From NCBI GenBank assembly GCA_965637545.1, contig OZ281497.1:2356001-2420000 (forward strand): a DNA stretch of 64,000 nt. The letters are read 5' to 3'. This document shows, in pieces, positions 23,801-36,302 of the stretch. Each line of letters begins with the position of its first letter. Position 1 is the stretch's first letter. The translations under genes were made by a program, and so were the position numbers. The DNA is from Phallusia mammillata (taxonomy: Eukaryota). The notes below the pieces were generated by a model. The model was not told the DNA's origin. It made no database searches and saw only the letters and a program-made list of their open reading frames with translations.

Positions 23801-26800
23801 GTTTTAAACATTGGTCTGTGGTTTCCAACTAATATTTCTATCATAAGACAAAGAAATTATAGAACAACGCATTATATGGAAATGATTTACCTGCACTGAT
23901 GACAACAGCGATTGTTAAAACGTCTACATAAAGTATCCTATATACACAAGTACTCTGACAGTTATTTCTTTGATTAAATCACTTTTCAAGTCCGTGTAAA
24001 GTGTTCCTAAATTTACAACGCATTTTATAAACAACTAAATTTCCTTAGATTTGCATGATTTAAACCACAAAGAAGATTCATTTGTCCATCTTCCACAGAA
24101 CATTGGGCAAACAAGAAATGGCCTTGTACAAATTCAAAAAAGTGGTAAGTCTTCACATATATTTACCCCTCATTCATAAAACAGATCAAATACACGACAA
24201 AGTACCCAACTAAGGACCAGCAACAAATCCCTGTGGCACCCTGGGGGGTCAGGTGTCAGTTACTTGGTGACAAAAAGTTTGTGCAAAGATAACAGGGGCT
24301 GAAAATAAGTCATGACACCTGCTACAACGCCTACGAATAGCTCGGGCGAGCGCCAAAAATGTTACACCTCAGTGGGGGTCTTGTACATACTATTACATTC
24401 AGTCTTGTAGTTTTGAGAGGGACAAGGAGGAAACGATTGTACACCTACATGAGTTTCAAGTGCTTAAACCGGGTAAGGGCGGTACGGCTGCCTCCTGGGG
24501 GGGTGCCATGCCCTTCTGTTGATGGGTTCTATTTGCTGGATACGGATTTAGAATCGCCTTGTTGTTATTCCAATCGAACGTGGCTGCTGGTAATCGTAAA
24601 GGATTAATGTTTGAGCCATGTTTCCGGTTTAAAATTCTAAAGGTCATTTTTTGACCAATAAAACGCCTGTTAAGAAACACGTGATTTAAAACTGTTTTAG
24701 GCAAAAAGGTGATGTAGAAGTTGCTAATTTCCGAATAATCTCCATAAAGCAAGGTATTGGGCGTTTAATCAGGAACATATAATCCAGTTCAAATGAAAAA
24801 AATGTGCACAATTTTATTACATGAACTTTTTCATTCATTTACCAAAAAGCGATTGTAAACCATCAAGAAACGACAGAACCCGCTTGACTTACGAAATCTG
24901 TATTACAAAGTCCAAAACCGTTACAATATGAACACATTGACCACTTGAAACAGTTCTCACTATTACTTGAAGTAAGAAAACACAATGACTCAACAAAACT
25001 TGAAAGTTTTCAATATTCCGGAAATTAACACGGGGACAAACTCGATAGCGTGCGTTTGTAGCATTCAACAAACCGAAAAACACTTGATAAAACGTGACAG
25101 AATCAACTTCTACTTGCCGAACGAGGTTTCATGAAGCACGTACAACCTCTATAACTCACTACTAACGCCCTTAAAACGTCAAAAGGTAAAAAGTCAAACG
25201 TAAGTTACAACCACAACGTAAAGTGTCGCAGCACGTAGCCTGTATTGGTCTTAACGTGTCAATTCCATAGAGTACTAGAAAGCGATAACTGAAACTTACG
25301 GACATGCCTGGGCTATAACGGTCAGTTTCCGATCGTTTTAGATTATTTTAATTAATTATGAAAATAAATTTAGCAACTAATTTCCAAACAACACGTTTTA
25401 ACCCAGAGAAAGCGGGCTTTATTGAGTCTGTGAAAAGTTTTCATGAACACACGATACAAATGAGTCTGTGAAATGTTGTCATGACCACCTCACGGCACTT
25501 ATGAGTCTGTGAAAGGTTTCATAACCACCTCACGATACAAATGAGTCTGTGAAATGTTTTCATGACCACCTCACGGCACTAATGAGTCTGTGAAAGTTTT
25601 CATAACCACCTCACGATACAAATGAGTCTGTGAAATGTTTTCATGACCACCTCACGGCACTAATGAGTCTGTGAAAGGTTTCATAACCACCTAACGATAC
25701 AAATGAGTCTGTGAAATGTTTTCATAACCACCTCACGACACAAATGATTCTGCCATAAGACTCTGTGAAAAGTTTTCATGACCACATCAAGCACAAATAT
25801 GTTTGTGAAATATATTTAACCGGATAAATTAGCCTGTTTATTATTGAATTCCTAAATGCTGGACCCAGTAACAATACGGGAGTAGAAACAAACGAAATTG
25901 ATATTACTGAAGGAATTAAGGTATAGAAGTTGTTCCCCTTAAAATCATTAAGAATGCCGCTGCAGTTAAAACCGTAAGTCTCAAAACCAAGACAAAGGTC
26001 ACCGGACGAACGAATTTCAAATATCCGCAGCTGCAAGGCAATTTGTTTCAACAAAGCCAAGCTGCATGTGTCAAAGCCGCGGTCAGGTACATAATGGACA
26101 TCTGCAGGTTTCATTACCCATACACGGCTGCGAAAAACGATTAGAGATGTAATCAATTACAACAAACATCTTGCAAGGAATTCTGCATGAACGCGATTAG
26201 TATTTGCACCTGCTCCAGTCATCAATGTTTGTACGCAATACACCAGTCGCAGTAGTAATCAATAGCTGCGCACCTAACAACGTATTTGAATATTCTAGAA
26301 CAGTGGTTCTCCACAGTTTTTATTTTCGTTGCCGCTTGAGAACAGTTAGACGCACTTCATTTTACCCTTTCTTTCAAAAAAACTAAATTACGAAGTGGGA
26401 CGTCACAGAAAAATGACATCACTCAAGGATGACTTCACGAAACTAACAAATGATGATGTAATTCCCCCCTAAAACGTCAATTTGCACCTTGGGGAATGAT
26501 TACCAACGACTGTTTTAGAAACTGGGAATCTCTTGAACAATCATTTGTTTAAAATAAGAAGTACTTTAACGGGAGGAGTATAAATACACAAATAAACTTT
26601 GTTACTATTATCTCTTAATATTGTTACTATTATCTCTTAAGTAACAGATAACAGTACCTCCGTCTTGGACTATTTAAGAGCTAACTTTAAGCCACAGCTT
26701 TAACTTTTCCAAAATTGATTAGGTCTAAAGCAGGGGGGCACAACCTGCCGCCACACAAGTTTACAACAGAATAGATTCACTCTCGATCGGGCATTGATAA

Positions 26801-29800
26801 CAACGTGTCAGCTAATATGCTTCTAACACTGATCTAAAAGGACTATTTTGGTCAAGAAAAATGCAATATTTGTGTACTATAGGATAGGCCATATTAATGT
26901 TAAGTGCCCAGCTGCTAGACTTGTTATATTTGTTTAAATGGACACGATAAAGAAACAAAAACCTGTGACGTGCCAGAAAAAAAGCGAAAATGTTGTTAAC
27001 CTGTTGCCTAGAACGTTTCAAGACAGGGCTCAGAAAATAAACATAAGTTAACATAACATTAAACTACATATCGAACACGAATTCCAATCGTATCATCCCA
27101 ATGGATAAATATTAAATACTAGAAGGGAATGTGGGAGAGCGAAAAAATACCACATTCCGAGTTCTGATAAGATTTGTCACACAACTGGCATCGTCGCATT
27201 CCTACAACATGTATCTGGTGTCGTGTAACATGGGAGTAGAGATATACTGTGGTGATAAATGTGAACGCATAACCCAACTATGTCTTGGCTACTGTTAATA
27301 TTAAAGCCTTGCAAACTATTTACCGATTGCGTATTTTAGAAGAGGCTATATTGTGTACTGTATACTATAACTAGAATCTTCCAGCTCGTTGCTTGGTGGA
27401 TGAAGACTAAAACGAAACTTATTCTTAAGTTCTTAAGGATGAACGACTCAATGTGTTCATAAATTTGTGAAGAAGCGTTTAGGAATAGTATCTAATGGGG
27501 TAAAAAGACGCATAATGGTACAAGTCTAGAAAATACTGAACAGGCGTTTCGTCCACCAGGTTGCATATTTAACAAATTTGTCGTTCAACTGGTGTAATGC
27601 TAAACAAAATACTAATTGTTTTTAGTTTAACTAATGTTCTATGCCTATAAATTTATAGAACATCGGGCGAAAATCACTGGCTTAACACAATGGGCGTAAA
27701 TAGCTTTCTTTTGTAAAAAAATAATTATCCACTAACTTGTGTAATAATAAAACCTAATGAGGAACATAACGGCCCAAATAAACGTAAAAAGCGACATGCT
27801 TTATTATCCAAACGTTTCGGCAAATGCTAATGCCATCATCAGTGATATCGTTACAAGACTTGGTGTATAATAATCAGTATGTAATTGCGTTGTTGATCCG
27901 TAAGACTATTTTAATGCATAAAGTGTTCCGTGGCTCAAAAAAGGTTGAAAAACATTGGTATATACTATATAGCAATATAGAGCACAAAGTTTAGTACACA
28001 CATGTGCAATTTGACATCAAGACATCATGATGAAGTCATGATTTGTACATAGCAGCGCCAGAGTGGAAACCAAGGGCTAGAAAACATATGTACGGGTTCC
28101 TACCGACACGAAATAGTTACTTTCACACGGTACCTTGGTTTGAGTGGTGATGTTGGTGTTGCTCGATAAAGTTGTCGTTTGTACCGAAGTCGTATGTCCC
28201 CTGCAGTGACTGGTTGGACGCGGGATTGATGTATTCCTGCTGTTATAATACAAGGTTAAGGGGATTATTTTGGTGGAAGAAGCAAAATTAGCAAGTTTAT
28301 CCACCAATTGTGCCTTCCATTTTTTAGCGCTATTTAACGTTTCAACGTTGCGCATCAGCTATTTCTGGCTTGGTGATCGTTTTAATGTCAATTATGTCGC
28401 TATGTTGTCTTCCACCAAGCGAAAAAACTTAACTCAATTAGTTCACATTCGTCTAAATGACAGTTTAAAACATAAAACGCAAAATGTAAGCACAGTTTTG
28501 CCTATTTTGTGCAACGGAGGCTTATACATATCCACTATAACATTTAAGAGAGTATTTAAAGCAGCATTATATCATGTCAATATTAATTTCACATGGACAC
28601 TTTTAGGCATGCGTAAAAGGTGAGAAAAGTTTTGTACAATATGCCAAAGACATTAAAGCTTCTGATATTTCAGTTCTGTAATCTGTCGTCATTGGTACTT
28701 ATGTAAAATACCGACACATTCGATTATTTGCTGTTCAAACGTAGTTACCCCAAACCTAGTTAAAAGTGACTTTCTCCTCAAAACGTGATGTTCGGATTGC
28801 ACAAAAGGCATCCCTCTTAGCAGTGGGAAAAAGAGAGCAAGGCTGTTCTATTTGCACAGAGAAGTGATCGTAAATAGAAGTCCAAGGCCCGGCCTCTCTC
28901 CTCCTTTGCGACACTGAGGAACGCCGACACGAAGGTATTGTTTAGATAGGCGCGTGACGGCAAGAGACGGAGTGTGCATAAACCAACAGTTATTACAGGC
29001 TGCTTGAAACCTTCCCGGCTAAACCAACTGGCTCGCTACTTAGCAGTCTTTAACAATTGCAAGTTATGCGCCGATTTTGAGCGCTTTCGTTTGTTGATTT
29101 TTGTACAAAATTTTGGCATCATTTTTGTGGCGATCGCGCTTCCGGAGTCATGACAAGAACAATCTAAACACGCTACAGCGAACATTGAGGCATTGTGTTG
29201 GTCGATGTCAAAAAATAGTCGGCGAAGATGAATTGAAAATTGTTCAATTGCGAACAATAGTGTTATCGAGTCAACGTTTTCCTTATGTCTTTGTGACAGT
29301 ATTATACCTCTCCTTTAACGATTCAATATTTCGAAGTGATGTATTGCTTTATTGTGTTGAATCTGGGCCTGTGGTTGTCGAGTAGTAGTCATAATAAACC
29401 AACAGTGTTTATAAACCGCATATTGTTGGCTGGGGAAACTTGGTCGTGTAGTAAGATAAAACTACTTTCGGAAGGCAACATGCACAAACATTGTTATGAT
29501 AACAAATCCTTTTACAGCAAATTCAGTGCAAATGTTTTCAACTAGGCATAACTTTGCTCGTATATTGTAAATTTTACATACATAGCAGAAAGTTTTAAAA
29601 AAAGTGTACAGTATTATTGTGGTAAATAGTTATTGGGTAAATTCATGTTTGAAGTCTGCTGAGAAAAAAGCGTCCACCTACGACAAAAAGCGAATACTTA
29701 TTTGAACAGATGTACTCGTACAGGAACAATAAAGTACATGACACTAACGTTTATAGGTATAGCCGTTACGTATAAGTTAGCATAGTGTCCCTTAACTTTA

Positions 29801-30726
29801 CAGCCACAAATTAAACGCCAAGCGAAATAAAGAAATGCCATTGTGTTATGTTTTGCAGAAAGTACCGAAAAATTCCTTAAGCCTACCAACGGGTTGCACG
29901 TTTTATGATACACTGTTTTCTAACTCATACTATTCGACATTAAACAATAAACAACCGAGTTATGAAAGAGATTGTTGAAGTTATAGAGTAAGTTTGCTAG
30001 CAACGTGGGGGTGCTTACATACCTCCCTGTAAATTGTTGCTGGTGTTGTGTTTTGTTGCACACGAAGTTTCGAAAATCTTTCTTGCAGTTGACCGCGAGG
30101 GGAAAGTACATCGGTCTGTATGGTTTAGAAAAAGATTATTAAAATATACTGAAAGAGTTGCAATATGAAACAACACACAAACAGTGGCCAATAAGCAAAA
30201 CTACATCAGTTGAAAACATTGGTTTTAACATACAAGTTTCGATTTCCGTAATACAAAAAAATAGGATACATTTTCATGAAAGTAATGTGCCGAAACGAGA
30301 AAAAATACTTTAAGCTGGTTCAAAACAATGTAGATTACAACTAGAATTCGAAGCACACATGACAAAATCGCCTATATTATCAAATTTTCAAGCACGTACC
30401 GACATTATCATAGGCCCAGGCGTTCCACAGTTTGACGGCGGGCAAGGCGTCTCGGGCTGTACGTGAATTCGAGGACAGTTCGGTGCCTTGTCCGGCGAAA
30501 AACCGCCCGCTCCTCCGACAGGACTAAGGCTGCTGGAACATAGCGAAGGTGGAGAACTGTTTTCTTGCTGAATTCCTTGTCCGTGATGCAAAGACCCTCT
30601 CGGATGACCAGGCATCGAATCAGTCGAAAAGTTTGGGACTTGTTGTGTTTGGTGTTGACTTGACATTTGAAACATGGCGTCGGTCGCTTGCTGAGGGTTA
30701 TATATGTCTGAGTTAGGGTTATCCAT
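5884..30726 (-). CDS. GLIS3: Glis1/3 (GLIS3-like) Kruppel-type five-zinc-finger transcription factor, about 1102 aa, 10 coding exons
   Basis: Exons 30726-30400, 28239-28134, 16395-15137, 14598-14425, 9925-9764, 9320-9207, 8882-8129, 7655-7559, 6932-6796 and 6062-5884 are all GT-AG with compatible phases, totalling 3309 nt. Diagnostic peptides: [93 protein letters not shown] and C-terminal VDRCPSQMS. The zinc-finger and terminal exons are the most secure; the first two exons are less certain. Confidence 0.92.
6452..6678. mobile_element. hAT-type MITE in Glis intron
   Basis: TIRs CAGTGGTTCCCAAC / GTTGGAAACCACTG with a perfect 8-bp TSD GACTAAGG on both sides. Confidence 0.9.
7029..7271. mobile_element. 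Older hAT-type MITE related to 6452-6678
   Basis: Left TIR CAGTGGTTCCCAAT, decayed right end, flanks ACTTAAAT / GCTTAAAT. Confidence 0.65.
11140..11525. repeat. Degenerate ~120-bp tandem repeat, about 3 copies
   Basis: TTTGCAAG anchor at about 11187, 11307 and 11426, with shared ggcaaatagta and aacgttgaac blocks. Confidence 0.7.
12400..12960. repeat. TG-rich degenerate ~95-115-bp tandem repeat, about 5 copies
   Basis: Recurrent tgtcgcaaattgtgttattgtagtt and tgtgtgtgttttgtgcg blocks. Confidence 0.7.
18467..18570 (+). mobile_element. Decayed copy of the short hammerhead-bearing (Penelope-like) repeat
   Basis: gcctcatatcactaatggtggcatgagc...ggataatatagcatgtcgcttttt...ggccgttatgttc aligns to the copies at 27755-27850, 38885-38985 and 49297-49380. 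Confidence 0.6.
19681..19694. promoter_or_regulatory. RFX X-box-like palindrome in a GC-rich patch of Glis intron 2
   Basis: GTTGCTATGGTAAC matches the RFX X-box consensus. A second site, GTTGCTTGGTAAC, lies at 20322-20334. Confidence 0.45.
20446..20629. mobile_element. hAT-type MITE (184 bp)
   Basis: TIRs CAGGGGTCGGCAAC / GCTGCCGACCCCTG with TSD CTTTAATG / CCTTAATG. Confidence 0.85.
23030..23208. mobile_element. Tc1/mariner (pogo/Tigger-like) MITE remnant
   Basis: Inverted and direct GGTTAATCCGGA / TCCGGATTAACC subterminal motifs, ending in ...TTACTG. The left TIR is not recognisable. Confidence 0.45.
24241..24505. promoter_or_regulatory. Cluster of GLIS-binding-site-like motifs in Glis intron 2
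   Basis: CTGGGGGGTC at 24241-24250 is an exact match to (G/C)TGGGGGGT(A/C). Variants GTGGGGGTC at 24372-24380 and CTGGGGGGGTG at 24495-24505. Confidence 0.4.
25422..25790. repeat. Minisatellite of 40/41-bp units arranged as an 81-bp higher-order dimer
   Basis: ATGAGTCTGTGAAA... units start at 25422, 25460, 25501, 25541, 25582, 25622, 25663 and 25703, alternately ending in cggcact and cgataca. Confidence 0.9.
27755..27850 (-). ncRNA. Minimal type-I hammerhead ribozyme motif in a Penelope-like short repeat (best preserved copy, sense to the Glis pre-mRNA)
   Basis: The minus strand reads UCA-CUGAUGA-U-GGCA-uuagcauu-UGCC-GAAA-CG-UU-UGG. This gives an intact core, a 4-bp helix II and a palindromic helix III (AACGUU). 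Activity is untested. Confidence 0.55.
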
Positions 30727-33700
30727 TGTATTAATTTGCTTGTTTCAACTCTTTACGAAAAGATTCATGTTTTTTGCTTGACTCTAAGCCCTACGTCGTG
30801 TTTCATTCTGTAATAAACCAAACACCTTGTTAACAAATTGAAGCACAAGTGTTTGATAACAATGACCACTGTGCACATCGATTATATGTCGCTCACCAAA
30901 TATTAACAAACACTTGATTAACACACAATCACGGTAGGCAGCCCTTACCTGACTTCGCAAACAAACGCAACTCAATTATATCAACGCACCAATGTACAGT
31001 AGTAACGCCTAACACTGGAGTGAACGCTTATGCATCTTCCAAAAAAAAAATCAACATACTAAATGGCTGGAAACAGCTCAATATGAATTCTGACGTGAAA
31101 CATCCCACAATGAAATGAACAGCTGCTTAAACAGTCACTGATAATGTCAGCTAACCACACTAAATTCATTAAGCTGTCTATAAACTTTTTTAAAGTATGT
31201 TTTTCTAAGTGTATTAACTGACAACTACGCATGCTCAACATTATGAACTGGTAATGGCTACTTCTTTACCTGGCTAAGTCGATACATCCAAAAACCTGCA
31301 GAAAACAGTAATTTACATCATTTCCAAACCTTTGCCTTTGTCACATGAGCATAAACTTCCATAAGATATTTGTTTGCAAAGAAAACAGCTCTAAAAATTC
31401 CTTTTCAAGACATCACTACAGCCTTAACGTCCAGCCCGACAGGCAAACGCTTTTGCCGTGCTGATTAGCAAATAGGCACTGTTTGATTAAGTCTCTTGGC
31501 CCGACGGTGCTCGCTTTCTATGTTGGTGATATTTTACAGGACCAATGTTGACACAAAACTGCTTGATTTCGTCGTTAAATGCCTCTACCTTTTGCTCGTA
31601 ATGATTTGTCGACGAAGGTTATTTGTACATTGTGTAGCTTTGCCATTTATTCCAGCCTTCCTCAACGATCAAATGAGCAGTTTTACGAGGCAGTGACGCA
31701 AATGCCTTGCCCGCGAAAAAGGCAACCCCAATTTCGCAGCCTTCTAATTTATGTCCTATTTGTTTGGCACATAGCACTTGCTCTGAAACCTGTTGCCTGA
31801 CGAAAATGGATTGTTGATTCTCATTAAACCTGACAGTTCCAAAGGCTAACTAACCCCACGCGAAATATCCTCACAGCCGTACCTACAAGCGCAGTCATAA
31901 GAATAAATTCGACTCAAGGTTTTTCTGCTGAATGACGTCACATAACGGCGCTTTGTTGCCTCACAATGGACCAAGCGAGATAAAAGAATTAATTCGTTTG
32001 TTGGCACACGTATCGCGTTTTATGGAAGCGTTTTGTTTGACAACTGCTTTGCGTTATGTCCGGGCAATTTAAACCAGGTTTTTACACATCCTGCTATATT
32101 TAATATGCGGGTAAAAACATGATGTTAAATTAAATTTTCATCGTTGGCAACTTAACTAAAAAAAGTATCTAAAACTAAATGTTTTTTAATTATAAAAGAT
32201 CCTTTCCATCTATCTCAACCGTTCAATACGTTTTACATCGATTTTGTGGTTAAATTAAATTATAAATGCTTTTCCTTTCCGTGTATTTTTCAATTGCTTT
32301 TTTGAAGTTCCTTTAACTGGTATAGAACCTTAAGCGATAGGTATGTTTCAGCAATAACCTTAAAAATTTGAAGACTGACAATTAACAAACCAAAAAGACT
32401 TTTTTCAAAGTTGTTTAGAAAGTTCACATGGGACATAGTTGTTGCTTAAAAAATAACAAATAAGCCCACTCATAAAACAACATACATAATATTGAACTTT
32501 TCTTATAAGTGTCAAGTTTTCAACCAGTGAAAAAACAATTTACCCAGTAATTCCAGCAGTACCGGTTTGCCATCATTGTATCCCTAAAACACATTTACAA
32601 ATGAAATTGGTTTTATAAAACTGATGTAACGTTTCTGCTGCTCCCCTGAGGTCTACTGCCCTTGTGCGGCACCCGACACCTCTGACAGGCGACCACAAAA
32701 ATCAAACTAAATTGGCTCGCACAGTCTTGCACGTAAATATTATAACAGGAAAATATTATTTATCTTTAGAATAGTTAACAAACGGAAAGTCAACCAAAAA
32801 GTTTGTCCAATCACATCTAATTGACGACATTAAAACGTTACATGTTGCTAACACCCCGTTTACGACCTTTTTGCAGATTTTAAAACTATAATTGCTTTTG
32901 ACATTCAAGTGTATAGGCCCAGAATGTAAGGTGACTTGTTATTGATGGGTTTGAAGCACTGTCACAAAAATTGATAGCCAATTGGTAAACGTATATATGC
33001 AATCACAGCCGACATAATTCAGATGTTTAATGTGATAGTGGAAGTTAAAAAGCATAATCCGGTAGTGTAATAAATGAAGAAGGAAATTGTTTTTTTTAAT
33101 CCGACTTAAGCCACAGTCAAGTTATTTTAACTACAATTTTGAAGTTGTTTGGCTTGTATATGCGCATGTGAAAAGTTGAAAAGATACAAGGCCAGCAACA
33201 GCTTATAACCAAGACTTACAGGGCCTAACTATTTTTTGACTTTTTGTGCAGTGTTATAGGTTTTGAATTTACTGTGCAAATCAGTGGTGTAGATAAACGA
33301 CCATTGATGGTAAAAAATTTTGTCAAACATTGTTATCATGCAGGTAGATTAGGGAATTAAATGTTCCAAGCAGCTTTACACATTTCATGCCCCGCGGGCT
33401 TGCGTTGTTTCAGCATAACGAGTTAAACAATGGTGTAATGAATTCATGTTTCATTCTGCTAGGAAGGCAACTGGTTATATGGTTATGAGTGCTGAAAATG
33501 AGGTAGAAATTTGACATCTTTATATACAGCTAATAACAAAGGCTGTCGTAGTTTAGTTGTAGAAACTAGGTCACAAATTTTCTGTACTGATATATGTCCT
33601 TGTTCAGGTTGGTAGAGGGCCATAGGCTAAGGTTAGGTCCTTATTCACGTTTGGAAACATTGCGTTATCAGCCAACGTTAGGTTAAATGCAGAATAAATA

Positions 33701-33909
33701 AAAAGCGTAAACAGTTCTACTTAGAAGACTTGCTATTACTAATTTATTCCCTGCCTGTGTACTAAACAAATTGCCAATGAAATCGATGTAATGTAACTTA
33801 TACAACAAGCTGTTTATATTCATTTTGTCATATGATTTGGCAAAACCTGTATTAAGAGTTACTTCTCTACTTAAAAAATATTGTGTTTTTTTTTCATTCA
33901 GTATCAGCA

Positions 33910-36018
33910 ATGGAATTGTTCGGCTCTGTTTTAAAATTCTTAAAAGTGGTTTTTGCGGCGTTACTTGTTTTATCGAGCGCAGTGGTACTTTGGAATTACG
34001 TATATTTTAGTGATGTAATACATGACGTAACACCGACGTCACAGAGAACAGATTCCACAAATGAGAGAGTCATACAACTTCAAACAACTGTCAAAAAGAA
34101 AAAGGTTGCTATGCGAGAGAAAAAAGAAAAAAGGAAAGTTGTGATTCTCTTCACGAACAAACGCTCCGGATCAACGTTTCTGGGAGAGCTGTTTAACCAA
34201 AACCCCTTAACTTTTTACCTTTTTGAGCCTTTATTTCCGTACACAAGAACATGCGAGGTTCTAATTCAAGAAAGGGTTGATAGTTTACAAAAACTTGCCA
34301 TGTGTGACCTTCCCAGTCTGCGCCGAGACTACACAAATGCCTTTAAGGTCACAAAGTTCAATGACCAATACGCCAACTGTGCTAAGAACAATATTTGCTT
34401 TATTGACCGACATGCTCCACTAATGGAGCGTTACATCGACCTTTGTCAAGGTAATTCCCCAAGTGACGTTTCATGCACACTTCCAGTTAACATGACCTTG
34501 ATGTCTGACCTCTGCTTGGGATCTAAACTATCAGCTTTCAAAATATTGAGGATCTGCGACATTTCGAGTTTAAAATTTTTGTTTGATAATGACCTTGCCA
34601 AAAACGACATTGAATTCAAGGTCATACACCTTATACGAGATCCCAGGGCTATACTATCATCAAGAATGCAAGTATGGGATGCTGTTATTTTGGTTAAATG
34701 TTTTCTGAATGTAACCATTTTTTGTTGCAATAGTTACCATTGGACGAAGCTAATAAGGAGACTTTGCCTGAAGTTGCTCGTACTTTATGCGATCGATTAG
34801 AGAATAATATAAAGTTTGCTGACACACAATGGTCAAGTAAGTAAATTTATGGAGTAGCAAAAACAATTTTTTAGAATACATATGAACAGCAATCAACAAA
34901 AAACGTAAACTGCTTATCAAATGTTTACAAAGGTCCAGAAATCGACGTAAAAAGGTCATGTTTTAGTTGCAAATATCGCCTTTCAGGTCTAATCGTGCCA
35001 TTATTTATACCCAATGGGATTTCTGATGATAACCGTGTACAGATTTTTTTTTAATTTGAACATTTGTTAAACACCAAGAAAGAGGGGTATCATACAAACG
35101 ATAACAGGCCACTGCTTGATTTGCGCTCGCAAAAAATATATTTATACAGAAACCTAGTTCAAGTTTATCTTTAGTTTATCATTAATATCTTGAACTGAAA
35201 CTAGTGTTAAAATAACTGAAATGGTGTGCGTTACGCAATAAAGTTCAACAAGTAGGCTATTAGACGAAAGCCTAATATCTCACATTTCACTAGAAAACTT
35301 TTCGCATGTCGGTTATCTTCGAGTGAGGCACGAAGACATTTGTCGTCATCCGGTAGATGTCGCTCGTGGCATCTACAACTTTATCGGAGAAACTATGCCA
35401 CAAGAGGTTGCACAATGGATTCAAGATTCAGTCATTAAACAGGTAAGCTGAAGAAACGTTTCTTTACCACAAGAACTAGTTGCCTATGTTGAAATATTTA
35501 CTGGCTGAATTTTTGCTTGGGTTAAGAACACCTGACGTAGTACCTCGATTAAAATAAAATGTCAGACACCTAAACTAGTACATCTTACAGTCAATGCTAT
35601 GTAAAGCAGACGTTTTAACAATCCATTTTGTCAGTGCCACTATATTAGATATTGAACCATGCTTTATATATGCACTGAGCAGAAAATGAAATTAAACTAA
35701 TTTCTGTGCAATATATATTGTTGCAAAAATGATAGTAATTGTTTTAAATTGGTCTATCGTACATTTTTTTTAGTCACAACCAATCTTTTTCGCTTTTTTT
35801 TTCAGCAAAACAGCAACAAAAAGCCTCAAAAGTCTCCGTTTGCTACAAAACGGCGTATTGCTGACGTGTTGAACGGTTGGCGACGAAGATTGACCTTGAA
35901 ACAAGTTCTTGACATTCAGGAAAGATGTAGTGACGTCATGAACTTGCTCAATTACGTCAGCGTGACGAACAGTTCTACGTTACAGGATGAAACTTTAGAG
36001 CTCTGGCCATCAACTTGA
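33910..36018 (+). CDS. Golgi carbohydrate 6-O-sulfotransferase (CHST1/3/4-7 family), 408 aa
   Basis: Exons 33910-34671, 34734-34836, 35294-35442 and 35806-36018 are in frame (1227 nt). N-terminal TM anchor, 5'-PAPS-binding KRSGSTFLGELFNQNP..FYLFEPL, 3'-PAPS-binding VIHLIRDPRAILSSR, and VRHED. Confidence 0.9.
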
Positions 36019-36302
36019 AAGTTATAGCCTATTGTGTCGTTAAATTTTGCTATTTCTTCAATTCGTTTCACTGCAGATTATGAAATGAATAAATATATAT
36101 TTCAACATTGAAACAATAAGATATCAGTCGTTCTACCTTGTCAAGTAACGTCTAACGTGTTTTAACTGTGATTGCAACTAGAATTCAGTAATACACTACT
36201 TGGAAGCAAGGGATATTAACTATCGAAGGTAACAATGAATACTGACATAAATTAATAAATAACAAGACGACTCTAAAGACCTCTTGGGCCTATACTCTAA
36301 AG

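Noticed and set aside
25422-25790. CRISPR array
   Set aside because: The units are contiguous with no unique spacers, there are no cas genes, and the context is a eukaryotic intron. It is a minisatellite.
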